Source: Syntrophorhabdaceae bacterium
Lineage (GTDB): Bacteria; Desulfobacterota; Syntrophorhabdia; Syntrophorhabdales; Syntrophorhabdaceae
DNA length: 64,000 bases
Assembly: GCA_963666485.2 (NCBI GenBank)
Contig: CAXXUO010000002.1
Coordinates: 128,001 to 192,000, forward strand
Reading direction: 5' to 3'
A program made the position numbers and the translations under genes. Shown here piece after piece: positions 28,375-37,794 of this stretch; within the stretch, counting starts at the first letter, position 1, and the number at the start of each line of letters is the position of its first letter. The notes below the pieces were generated by a model. It saw nothing but the letters and a program-made list of their open reading frames with translations, searched no databases and was not told where the DNA came from.

Positions 28375-29209
28375 TGTGCAGAAGCCGCTTCAGGGCATTA
28401 AAGTCCTGGCATTCGCCTTCAACCTGCCCGGCCCTGTGGCGGCCGCCGAGCTCCAAAAACTGGGGGCTTCGGTGACCAGGGTCGAATCCCCCGCGGGAGA
28501 TACCTTCGCGACATGGTGCCCGTCCTGGTACAAGGCACTGTGTTCAGGGCAGAGGGTCCTTCGCATAGACCTGAAGACGGCAGAAGGCCTTGCCGCAATG
28601 GAAGGGCTTCTCGCAGAAAGCGATCTTTTTCTTACATCCTTTCGCCTGTCCGCATTGCAGAGGCTGTCTCTCGACCGCGGGAGCGTCGAGGCCCGGCATC
28701 CCGCACTCTGCCAGGTTGCCATAGTCGGATACCCTGCACCCCTGCAAAATCAGGCGGGCCATGACATCACCTACCAGGCCGCCCTCGGCCTCGTCACACC
28801 CCCGCACAATCCGCGCACCTTCGTCGCTGACCTGTCCGGGGCACAAAGGGCCGCGATAGCCGCAGTTTCCCTGCTCTACGCACGGGAGCGGGGCCTCGGG
28901 GCAGGATATGCCGAGATCTCCCTTTCAGAAAGCGCCGAAGAGTTCGCCGAACCGCTGCGCCACGGGATCACGAGCCCCGGCTCCCTATTCGGAGGCGGAT
29001 TGCCGGAATACGGGCTCTACGAATCACGCGAGGGATGGATAGCCGTGGCGGCCCTCGAGAAGCACTTCCGGGATGACCTCGGCACATCTCTCGGCATAAA
29101 TGGCGAGATAAGCCGGGAAAAACTGCAGGTGATATTTCTCACCCGGACGGCCCGGGAATGGGAAGAGTGGGCGACAGCGAACGATCTTCCCATAGCCGCC
29201 GTGCGGTGA
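28367..29209 (+). CDS. CaiB/BaiF class III CoA-transferase
   Basis: PLQGIKVL, LPGP, IDLK..EG and AGHDITYQA (catalytic Asp); start ATG 28367 overlaps the GNAT gene. Confidence 0.88.
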   Translation: MNNVQKPLQGIKVLAFAFNLPGPVAAAELQKLGASVTRVESPAGDTFATWCPSWYKALCSGQRVLRIDLKTAEGLAAMEGLLAESDLFLTSFRLSALQRLSLDRGSVEARHPALCQVAIVGYPAPLQNQAGHDITYQAALGLVTPPHNPRTFVADLSGAQRAAIAAVSLLYARERGLGAGYAEISLSESAEEFAEPLRHGITSPGSLFGGGLPEYGLYESREGWIAVAALEKHFRDDLGTSLGINGEISREKLQVIFLTRTAREWEEWATANDLPIAAVR

Positions 29210-29212
29210 ACC

Positions 29213-30901
29213 CTATTCGCCGGGTTTCTTGGCAGGGGATGCGTACCAGCGTTCCTTCGGGACGATCTTCGGTTCGGCGGGGTCTGAACGGTAGGACGGG
29301 GACATGATCTGGACATCGTATTCGTTGAATGCGTCCTGTATGTTCCGGTGCAGGTCGGCATAGGCCACCGTCATCCTTTGCGGGTCATCGCAGTACACGT
29401 TCAGTTCGTAGGCAACGTAAAAATCGTCGAGGGATGTCTGGAGTATGAACGGCGCCGGCTCCCTGAGTATCCCCGGGGTCCTTTCCGCAGCCACGAGAAG
29501 GAGCGCCTCCACCTGCCGCCAGGGTGCGTCGTACCCTATGGTGATCTTCGTATGCAGTATGAGGCCCGCCTCTTTCGCGAGCGTGCTGTAATTAACGACA
29601 TTGCTGTTGACGATGACGGAAGACGGCACAACGATCACCTCGTTCTTGATCGTTCTCAAGCTGACCACCTGGAGCCTCATCTCGATGACGTCGCCCACAA
29701 ACTCACCTATCTTCACACGGTCCCCGATCTTGAACACCCTTCGGTAGGTCAGTGAATACCCTGCAAGGATATTCGCGACGGCGGACGTCGAGCCCAGGGA
29801 AAAAAGAACGCCCAGAAAAATGGAGACCCCTTTGAAGGCCGGGGACTCGGACCCGGGGATATAGGGGAAGGCAACAATAGCGGCAAACGCAAGGACCAGT
29901 ATGCGGCAAAGCTTGTATGTCGGAGCTGACCATTCGGGATAAAATCCCTCGAACTTTATGACCCCGGCCTCCAGGCCGTTGAAGAGAAATTTCATCACCC
30001 TGAGAACGACAAAGGCAAAAAAGCCAATGACCACCACAAACAACAGGTTGGGGATCGCCCGCCAGACGGCGCTTCCTATCGTGCCGACAGGAGATGTCAC
30101 GTATCCGAGCAACGTACCCGCTATCGGACGCGTCCAGGGGAAAAAATGAAGGATAAGGTCGGCATAGGCATAAAATACCAAAAGCAGGATGATGAAACGG
30201 ACGATCCTGATAAGCCACGCCAGGATTGCCTGACTCCTTTCCGCGCTGATAATATCGAGGGACCTTGCATGGGCAGCGGACATCTTGGCATGGGCCCACT
30301 CGCGGAGCCTCAAGGTCAAACGCCGGTAGATCCTCAAGACCACGTAAACAATGAACAGAAGGGCGAAGGTCGTCAGTACGGAATAGACAATTCCCAGCAG
30401 GATCTGTTTCCGGCTGTGATCATGGCGGTACTGCGTGATGGCGGCCCGCAGGACTTCGATGCGCTTCTGCGCCAGTTCGTCGCGCGTCATTTTCTCAGCC
30501 CGCGCATCCTGGTCAAATACGGATAACAGGAGCTTGTCCCGGGCATTGATCGTGGTTATGGGTTCATTGAAATCCTGAATGGAAACCGAATCAACGGGGA
30601 TCGTATAGTCCCGGGCAACTGACTGCAGCCGCTGGGTCAGCAACAATGCCCTTTCCTGCGCGGAGAAGCCTTTTACATCATCCTTGATATAAAAGAGGAC
30701 CTTGTCATCGAGCATCACGGGGTAGCCAACCTTGCTGCCCTGCACAGCGCCGCTGACTGCCGTGTCCCTGCCGGGGGCCCTGTCGGGCCCGGCCGCAGCG
30801 AACGCTCCATGAATGCCGGTTATGGCCAGGAAAGAGAAAATTAAGATCCACACAAGCGATCTCTTTACTGAACTTTTTTCCCGGCGCTGCTTTTCTGTCA
30901 T
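29213..30901 (-). CDS. MscS-family mechanosensitive ion channel
   Basis: ANILAG...RVFKIGDRVKIG..GDV, VPSS and TIGYD motifs; large periplasmic N-terminal region. Confidence 0.92.
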   Translation of the reverse strand: MTEKQRREKSSVKRSLVWILIFSFLAITGIHGAFAAAGPDRAPGRDTAVSGAVQGSKVGYPVMLDDKVLFYIKDDVKGFSAQERALLLTQRLQSVARDYTIPVDSVSIQDFNEPITTINARDKLLLSVFDQDARAEKMTRDELAQKRIEVLRAAITQYRHDHSRKQILLGIVYSVLTTFALLFIVYVVLRIYRRLTLRLREWAHAKMSAAHARSLDIISAERSQAILAWLIRIVRFIILLLVFYAYADLILHFFPWTRPIAGTLLGYVTSPVGTIGSAVWRAIPNLLFVVVIGFFAFVVLRVMKFLFNGLEAGVIKFEGFYPEWSAPTYKLCRILVLAFAAIVAFPYIPGSESPAFKGVSIFLGVLFSLGSTSAVANILAGYSLTYRRVFKIGDRVKIGEFVGDVIEMRLQVVSLRTIKNEVIVVPSSVIVNSNVVNYSTLAKEAGLILHTKITIGYDAPWRQVEALLLVAAERTPGILREPAPFILQTSLDDFYVAYELNVYCDDPQRMTVAYADLHRNIQDAFNEYDVQIMSPSYRSDPAEPKIVPKERWYASPAKKPGE

Positions 30902-31057
30902 CCGCGTCCACCCCTCTTATCGATCGAATGCCATAAAAAAGACTGTTTTGATTTTCTATTAGAATATAATTTTTTACAAGCAAAAGTCACCGGGTGCCTC
31001 ACCCGGCGCACACACTTTGAACTTGTCACGAAAAACCCGGTATTGTAGATTACACGC

Positions 31058-32485
31058 ATGAATGACTCGCGAAAAGAATTGATGATCGTGTTGACCATCG
31101 CATTCGCCTCTTTTCTCGCCCGGCTCAACCTCTACACGGTCAATATATCGCTTCCCACGATCTCCCGTGTCTTCGGCATCGGTTCCTCCGATGTATCGCA
31201 GATCGTGACGTCGTACCTCTTGATCATCACCAGTTCCCTCGTTCTGTTCGGGAAGCTCGGTGACAGCCTGGGGTTCAAGCGGATGTTCATTGCCGGGTAC
31301 GCCGTGTTCATGGCGGGCTCTCTCTTGTGCGGCATATCGCCCGGGATCTATTCGCTTGTCGCGTCACGATTTGTCCAGGGCATCGGCAGTTCCATGCTTC
31401 TCGCAACGAGTTTTGCACTGATCGCGCAGGCGGTCCCGCACGGGAGGCTCGGCTGGGCCTTCGGGATAAATGCCACCGCAAACGCGCTCGGAGTGGCCGC
31501 CGGGGCACCCCTGGGGGGCATCATTGCCGGTTACCTTTCCTGGAGGTTCATCTTCCTTATCAACATCCCTCTCGGGATCGCAGCTGTTTTCTTTGCGGTG
31601 CGGTACCTCCCCTCTTCCTTTGTCCCCGGCCGGAAGACCGTTCGCCGACAGGGTCCATTCGACATCCCGGGGGCGGCACTCAGCTTTACGGTCCTCGCCG
31701 CATTTCTCTACGTTATGAACTGGGTGGATGTGAAGGGATGGACCTCCCCGGCTGTTCTCGCGTCCGCCGCACTGTGTATTGTATCGTCAATTGTTCTCAT
31801 CGCCTGGGAAAAGAGGTGCCGGGACCCTCTCCTCGACCTGGCCATGCTCAAGGACCGCGGGTTTATCTATGCGCTCGCCGCAACGACCGCCGCCTACATG
31901 CTCATTGCGGGGAACGGGTTCCTGCTGCCTTTCTACCTCGAACTCGTGAAGGGCCTTGACGCAGCAAAGACGGGGATGGTCCTGCTCATCTATTCGCTTA
32001 TTTATGTCTTCGTATCCCCCTATGCGGGCAGGTTGTCCGACAGGACAGACCCCGTCAAGCTCTGCGTCATTGCCATGCTCTCCGGTGCCGTAAGCACCTT
32101 CGTCTTTGCCTTTACGCTCAACCTAAGCGGACTTGCACCCGCCGTTATCTTTCTTGCCTGGCTCGGCTTTTCCTACGTTTTTTTCCTGTCACCCGTCAAT
32201 GGCCTCGTTATGGGCTTTGCCCCGAAAGGCAAAGAAGGGGTCGCCTCGGGGCTTCTCAATACTGCCATCAACCTGGCCATGGTCCTCGGCGTCGCCGTAT
32301 TCGAGCTGATCTTCGGCGCGTCCTTGCGCTCGGCCGGCCTGCCGCCGGGCGAGGGCCCGGCCCTGATGCGGGCATTACCGTCAGCCCTGCCTCATGCCTT
32401 CGGTAACGCCTATATCGCAGGAGGCCTCATGTGCCTGGCGGCGATGCTTTTTTCTGTACTCGTGAAAAAAAGCCGTATAAAATAA
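31058..32485 (+). CDS. MFS transporter, DHA2 (14-TM) type
   Basis: VNISLPTI, GKLGDSLGFKR, RFVQGIG, WRFIFLINIP and FDIPG motifs. Confidence 0.92.
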   Translation: MNDSRKELMIVLTIAFASFLARLNLYTVNISLPTISRVFGIGSSDVSQIVTSYLLIITSSLVLFGKLGDSLGFKRMFIAGYAVFMAGSLLCGISPGIYSLVASRFVQGIGSSMLLATSFALIAQAVPHGRLGWAFGINATANALGVAAGAPLGGIIAGYLSWRFIFLINIPLGIAAVFFAVRYLPSSFVPGRKTVRRQGPFDIPGAALSFTVLAAFLYVMNWVDVKGWTSPAVLASAALCIVSSIVLIAWEKRCRDPLLDLAMLKDRGFIYALAATTAAYMLIAGNGFLLPFYLELVKGLDAAKTGMVLLIYSLIYVFVSPYAGRLSDRTDPVKLCVIAMLSGAVSTFVFAFTLNLSGLAPAVIFLAWLGFSYVFFLSPVNGLVMGFAPKGKEGVASGLLNTAINLAMVLGVAVFELIFGASLRSAGLPPGEGPALMRALPSALPHAFGNAYIAGGLMCLAAMLFSVLVKKSRIK

Positions 32486-32492
32486 CGATTCT

Positions 32493-34190
32493 ATGACCGA
32501 TCAGTTCATCCCGCCGCCCTATACCTGGACAGCCGTGCCCGGGACCAAGAACGTAGATATCTACCATATCGTGCGGAAACCGTCTGTCCTGTGTTCCAAT
32601 ACGTATATAATCAAGGCGCCGGACCTTTTTGTCGTCATCGATCCGGGAACCGATCCCGAACAGATAGCTCATGGCCGGCAGGTGATACTGGAAAAGCGGC
32701 AGGGGCAGGTCATCCCTGTCTTCCTCTTCCTCACCCATTGCCATATCGATCATTTCCTCGCCGTGAACCTTCTCATGGACCAGGCGTTCAACGGCCAGTT
32801 CATTTGCCACCCGCTCGCCGCAGACGCCATCGAGGCGCGGGATGAGAACCTGACCCTCGCGAACATGAACGGGTCGGTGCTGCCGATATGCAAGGTACGG
32901 GAGAGACTTTTTCAAGACGGGGACGGCCCCATCCCCGATGAAGAGGTTGCTCTCTCCGTGGAGAGCGGCATCGTGGAGCTTGACGACGGGCAGGTCATAC
33001 CGTGCAACATTGTAGACCTGGGTGGCGGCGACCGGATCGAGATATTCCAGACCCCCGGGCACAGCCCCGACAGTGTCACCTACGTGGTGGGACAATTCAT
33101 GTATACGGGTGATCTTCACGTTGCCACGACACCCGGGATCGCCGGGAAAAATGGATGGGACAATAACGCACTCGTCTCCTCCATAAGCACAATGATCGCT
33201 GTGGGCAAGAAACGGGAGGTGGTCCACATCCTGCCCGGTCACGGTAAGGTCATCGATTTCGAGAAGGCCACGAACATGTTCCTTAAAGAGGCGGCCGAGG
33301 CCCGGCACCTCGACAGCCTTGCCCTTTTCGACCGGGAGCGCTCGCTATACCTTTCGGAGTATGCCATCGTGCTTCTCGAGGAGACGAGCAGCATCTTTTC
33401 CATCATTGCCGCCCGCCTGCTGAAAGTTTCCTATTACCTCGAAATGCTCGGTGAACATGATCACGCGGAGTCTATCCCGAAAATTATCGACACGGACATG
33501 CTCGATCAATTGGTGGATGAGTTCCATGCATACATCGAGGAACTCAAAGGCCTGCGGGGCGCGCCGGTGATCTCGAAGGCCGTGCAATTCTCCCGCAAAG
33601 TAAACAAGGTGTTCGAGCCCGAGAAGATATCTCACCTCTTCGACCCCTGTTTTTTGAGGCGGATCAAGAGCCTTCTGTCCGATTTCGTCAATGTCGTGTA
33701 CGGTATTCGCTTCCTCGACCAGGAAACCAGTTTCGGGCTGAACACAGCGGTCAGGGAAACACTTGCGGCATTGAAAAGGAACCCTACCGAAAGCGACCGG
33801 ATATTCGAAACCCTGGATGACGACCGTGAATTTATCGATGAGCTTACGAGGCGCATCGCGTACACGCCGCTTTTCGCCAATATACGTTTTTCATTCTCCG
33901 GGCCCGAGGCCGATCTCATCATCACCGCTGACAGGCTCATGTTCCAGGACCTTCTCAACGCCCTCCTCGAGCAGTTCGCTATTTCAGAAATAGATCACAT
34001 CGATCTCGAAACGGGCCGCGATGAAAACGGGGCGGCCATTCTTTCCGTGGCCCCGGGGCACGATGCGGGCCCCTTCTCGCTGAGGGATTCAAAAGCACTC
34101 TACATGCGCCATTCCATGAAAATCGCCGGCGGGTCGTTCGAAGCCGTCACGTCGGGCGGCAAGGAACTGTATCGCTTTCTCTTTTCGTGA
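32493..34190 (+). CDS. Metallo-beta-lactamase-fold hydrolase with a long C-terminal extension (degenerate kinase/HATPase-like)
   Basis: THCHIDH, PGHSPD, GD and PGHG motifs. The C-terminal ~300 aa is helical and ends in an HATPase-like topology without N/G boxes. Confidence 0.8.
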   Translation: MTDQFIPPPYTWTAVPGTKNVDIYHIVRKPSVLCSNTYIIKAPDLFVVIDPGTDPEQIAHGRQVILEKRQGQVIPVFLFLTHCHIDHFLAVNLLMDQAFNGQFICHPLAADAIEARDENLTLANMNGSVLPICKVRERLFQDGDGPIPDEEVALSVESGIVELDDGQVIPCNIVDLGGGDRIEIFQTPGHSPDSVTYVVGQFMYTGDLHVATTPGIAGKNGWDNNALVSSISTMIAVGKKREVVHILPGHGKVIDFEKATNMFLKEAAEARHLDSLALFDRERSLYLSEYAIVLLEETSSIFSIIAARLLKVSYYLEMLGEHDHAESIPKIIDTDMLDQLVDEFHAYIEELKGLRGAPVISKAVQFSRKVNKVFEPEKISHLFDPCFLRRIKSLLSDFVNVVYGIRFLDQETSFGLNTAVRETLAALKRNPTESDRIFETLDDDREFIDELTRRIAYTPLFANIRFSFSGPEADLIITADRLMFQDLLNALLEQFAISEIDHIDLETGRDENGAAILSVAPGHDAGPFSLRDSKALYMRHSMKIAGGSFEAVTSGGKELYRFLFS

Positions 34191-34200
34191 AGCTCAACTC

Positions 34201-35316
34201 ATGGAAAGACTCTATTATATAGACAACTTCCGGGTATACATGATCGTGGGGGTGGTGGTTCACCACATAGCGGTCATCTATGGCGTCCCGGGCGGCTGGT
34301 ACTACGGCGAATACGGCGGCGACCGGGTGTCGCAGATATTCCTGACCATCCTGACGTTCATCGTGAGGTCGTTCGTCCTCGGATTCTTCTTTTTCATCGC
34401 GGCATATTTTACACCCGGGGCGTACGACCGCAAGGGGCCTGTCGCTTTTATGAAAGAGCGGCTGATCAAGCTCGGCATCCCGCTCGTCATCTATTCGTAT
34501 ATCATCGGCCCGTCTATCACGTATCTTGTCAAGTTCGACACCCTCTCGACACAGTATTCCTTTCTGCAGAACATGTACCAGTTCAGGAACGTGGCGCCTG
34601 CCGCGCTGTGGTTCGTGGAGGTCCTCCTCATATTTTCCTTCCTCTACGTCCTGTGGCGCCTCGTCACGGGACCTGTTTCTCCTGTTCGCAAAGACGGCGG
34701 GGTGTTCCCTTCAAACGCCGCCATAATGGCGGCAGCGGTCCTCCTCGGGCTCGCTACCTTTCTGACCCGGATATGGTTCCCGGCCACATACGTGATCTGG
34801 CACTTAAGGCCCGGCAACTACCCGCCGTACATTGTCCTGTTCATACTCGGGACCATAGCCTACCGGCGCAACTGGCTCTCAGGAATCGGTCAGGACGTTC
34901 TCAGGTTCTGGACGCGGGTGTTTGCCGTTTCCTTTATCGCCTTTCTCGCGGTGGTGCTCTATGACGGGGTTTTCCACGGGCACACCGAATTGTACCGGGG
35001 GGGAATGAGCCCGCAGGGGCTGTTCGGGGCCATGTGGGAGAATGTTTTTGCCATGGCCGTCATGATATGCGGCCTCTATCTCGGCCGTAAACGCAACAAA
35101 CCGCGGGGGAAACTTCTCGAGGCAATGTCCGCAAACGCTTTTGCCGTCTACGTGTTCCATGCGCCGGTGGTCGTCGCCTTTGCCTGTTTCCTGATGTACG
35201 TGCCCATACATCCCCTGCTGAAATTCACCCTGGTGGCCTTGACCGCGGTACCTTTCACATTTTTGATGTGCAATTACGTTATACGGAAACTTCCCCTGGC
35301 CGGCCGCATCTTCTGA
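34201..35316 (+). CDS. Acyltransferase-3 family membrane protein (OpgC/MdoC-like)
   Basis: RLYYIDNFR, FFFIAAYF, RLIKLGIP, LWFV and YVFH motifs. Confidence 0.88.
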   Translation: MERLYYIDNFRVYMIVGVVVHHIAVIYGVPGGWYYGEYGGDRVSQIFLTILTFIVRSFVLGFFFFIAAYFTPGAYDRKGPVAFMKERLIKLGIPLVIYSYIIGPSITYLVKFDTLSTQYSFLQNMYQFRNVAPAALWFVEVLLIFSFLYVLWRLVTGPVSPVRKDGGVFPSNAAIMAAAVLLGLATFLTRIWFPATYVIWHLRPGNYPPYIVLFILGTIAYRRNWLSGIGQDVLRFWTRVFAVSFIAFLAVVLYDGVFHGHTELYRGGMSPQGLFGAMWENVFAMAVMICGLYLGRKRNKPRGKLLEAMSANAFAVYVFHAPVVVAFACFLMYVPIHPLLKFTLVALTAVPFTFLMCNYVIRKLPLAGRIF

Positions 35317-35442
35317 TAACCGGAAAAGGCCGCGGCAGCGGGAGCGCGCAGGAATGCCGTCACGTTAAAAGAAGAACCGTCTTTTTGTCAATTATATGGT
35401 AGGAAAGATCGGGAAAATGTAGTAAGTGATAATGTTGGATGG

Positions 35443-35509
35443 CAGGCGATGGACTATGGGTAGCTGGTATCCCGGGCACGTTTTCCTATCGCCTATCACC
35501 TATCGCCTG
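35443..35509. repeat. Short inverted heptamer-repeat element (CCYATYR family)
   Basis: Left arm CAGGCGATGGACTATGGG; right arm CCTATCG-CCTATCA-CCTATCG-CCTG. Confidence 0.65.
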
Positions 35510-35526
35510 AACACGTGAGGTAACAT

Positions 35527-36306
35527 ATGGATTCTCTGATCTTTGGTCTCATCGCACTGGGGTGCAGCCTGGCCGGTATTACCTGCGGCATGCTGCTTCG
35601 GCTCGTCCTTCCCCTGGAACATCTGAGCGACGAATCCAAGGACGCCGTGAAACTGGGGACGGGCATGATCGCCACTCTCGGCGCGCTTGTCCTTGGCCTG
35701 CTCATCGCCTCCGCGAAGGGGAACTTCGATACGGTCAACGGCGGGCTGAGGGATACCGGTGCAAAAATGATCCTGCTCGACAGGACGCTCGCCCGGTATG
35801 GAGCTGAGACCGGGGAGATACGTCTTTTGCTGCGTCACTATATCAGGCACGCCGTTATTTACAATTGGCCGGAGGATAAAGCCCGGGTTACGACCACAAA
35901 AACGGACTACCCGGAAAACTGGGCCTCGAAAGACGGCATCGGAGACCTGCAGGCCAGGCTGCGTGCGTTAACCCCCCGTAATGAAACGGAGCGGGAGCTC
36001 AAGGCGCGGGCGATCCAGATCGGTTATGAAATCGACCACGCACGATGGCTTCTTTTCGAGCAGCGGGGCATGACGGCGCTGCCCATGACATTCCTCGTGA
36101 TCATTGTCTGTTGGTTCACCCTGCTCTTTATCAGCTTCGGCCTGCTCGCGCCCCGCAACGCAACGGTGCTCGTCGTGCTGTTCGTGTGCGCGCTATCCGT
36201 GTCCTGCGCCCTCTTTCTTATGATAGAGCTCGACCACCCCTACCGGGGGATAGTCAAGGCCCCGAGCACCCCCCTTGTCGATGCGCTGAAATTTATGGGA
36301 GAATAG
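35527..36306 (+). CDS. DUF4239 / bestrophin-like membrane protein
   Basis: HLSDESKDAVKLG..ATLGALVLGLLIASAK and IELDHPYRGIV; RBS GAGG. Confidence 0.75.
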   Translation: MDSLIFGLIALGCSLAGITCGMLLRLVLPLEHLSDESKDAVKLGTGMIATLGALVLGLLIASAKGNFDTVNGGLRDTGAKMILLDRTLARYGAETGEIRLLLRHYIRHAVIYNWPEDKARVTTTKTDYPENWASKDGIGDLQARLRALTPRNETERELKARAIQIGYEIDHARWLLFEQRGMTALPMTFLVIIVCWFTLLFISFGLLAPRNATVLVVLFVCALSVSCALFLMIELDHPYRGIVKAPSTPLVDALKFMGE

Positions 36307-36318
36307 GAAGAGAAATAC

Positions 36319-37776
36319 ATGACAGTCACAGTTTCAAGGATGAGACCATTTATGATACCGGAGAAGACAGACAAAGAGCGTGCCCATTCCTGGCTTTACC
36401 GGGCCGCAATTATCCTCTTGATCCTCGTGATCACCCTTATCACAGGATGCGCCCATTATCCCGTCAATGTCCCCATCGCGAAATACGACCCGGATTACGG
36501 CTACCGCGGCAAGAACATGCGCGTGCCCGACAAGAAGGAAACGCTCCTCGTTTCGTTAAGTTTTTCCGGCGGAGGGACCCGGGCGGCGGCCTTCTCTTAC
36601 GGGGTGCTCGAGGCGCTTCGTGACACGGAGATAACTGTCGACGGGAAGAAGGTGCGGCTCCTCGACGAGGTCGACGCCATTGCCGGCGTCTCCGGCGGGA
36701 GTTTCACGGCCGCCTATTACGGCTTGTTCGGCGACCGCATATTCACCGATTTCGAGCAGAAATTCCTGAAGAAGAACATCGAGGGCGAACTCAAGAAGCG
36801 GATCCTTCTCAACCCGTACAGCTGGGGACGGCTGTTTTCGGCATACTTCGACAGGAGCGACCTCATCGCGGAATATTACGACACGAATGTCTTTGAAGGC
36901 GCAACCTTCGCCGACATGATGAAAAGAAAAGGGACCATGATCTATATCAACGCGACGGACATGGTGCACGGGACGCGCCTCGCGTTCACGCAGGACAGCT
37001 TCGATCTCCTGTGCTCGGACCTGGCCACTTTTTCCGTTGCCCGGGCATGCGCGGCCTCATCCGCCGTCCCGATACTGCTCTCCCCCGTCACCCTGCGCAA
37101 CTATGCCGGTACGTGCGGCTTCACACTGCCACCCGTTCTCGTGAAGGCAATGGAAGAGCGCGCCCTTCCCGACCGGCAATTTGACCTTGCGAACAACATC
37201 CTGCCGTTTCTCGATTCAAAGAAAAAGCCGTATCTTCACCTCGTTGACGGCGGGGTCTCGGACAACCTCGGCGTACGCACGGTCATAGAGAGGGTGTCGT
37301 TCCTGGGCAACGCCTGGGACAGCCTGCAAGGGGCCGACCTCGCCGATACCAACCGGGCCATTTTCATCATCGTCAACGCCGAGACGGAGATCGACACCCA
37401 GTGGGACCGCAGGGAGTCCATCCCGCCGTTCGCCGCCATGGTGGACTCGTATTCGTCCATAGCCATCTCCCGGTACAATGTCGAGACGATCGCCCTCCTG
37501 AAGGAAGTGCTGCCGCGGTGGACGCAGGAGATCCAGAGGGGCCGGTGCGGCAATAAACCGGTCAACACGGCACCGGGCGAATGCGGCGATATCCGGTTCT
37601 ACATCGTGGAGGTGAAGTTCGACGCGATCAAGGATTCCGCGCTCCGGTCATTCTTCAAGCACCTGCCGACGTCGTTCGCACTGGACAGCGACCAGGTCGA
37701 CAAGCTCCGCGAAGCCGCCCGGACGATCCTGTCCCAAAACCGTGAATTTCAGAAATTTCTGCAGGATATGAAGTGA
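36319..37776 (+). CDS. Patatin-like phospholipase, lipoprotein
   Basis: SGGGTRA, GVSGG, ASSAVP and DGG motifs; lipobox ITGC. Confidence 0.92.
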   Translation: MTVTVSRMRPFMIPEKTDKERAHSWLYRAAIILLILVITLITGCAHYPVNVPIAKYDPDYGYRGKNMRVPDKKETLLVSLSFSGGGTRAAAFSYGVLEALRDTEITVDGKKVRLLDEVDAIAGVSGGSFTAAYYGLFGDRIFTDFEQKFLKKNIEGELKKRILLNPYSWGRLFSAYFDRSDLIAEYYDTNVFEGATFADMMKRKGTMIYINATDMVHGTRLAFTQDSFDLLCSDLATFSVARACAASSAVPILLSPVTLRNYAGTCGFTLPPVLVKAMEERALPDRQFDLANNILPFLDSKKKPYLHLVDGGVSDNLGVRTVIERVSFLGNAWDSLQGADLADTNRAIFIIVNAETEIDTQWDRRESIPPFAAMVDSYSSIAISRYNVETIALLKEVLPRWTQEIQRGRCGNKPVNTAPGECGDIRFYIVEVKFDAIKDSALRSFFKHLPTSFALDSDQVDKLREAARTILSQNREFQKFLQDMK

Positions 37777-37794
37777 GGCGATGGGCGATGGGTT

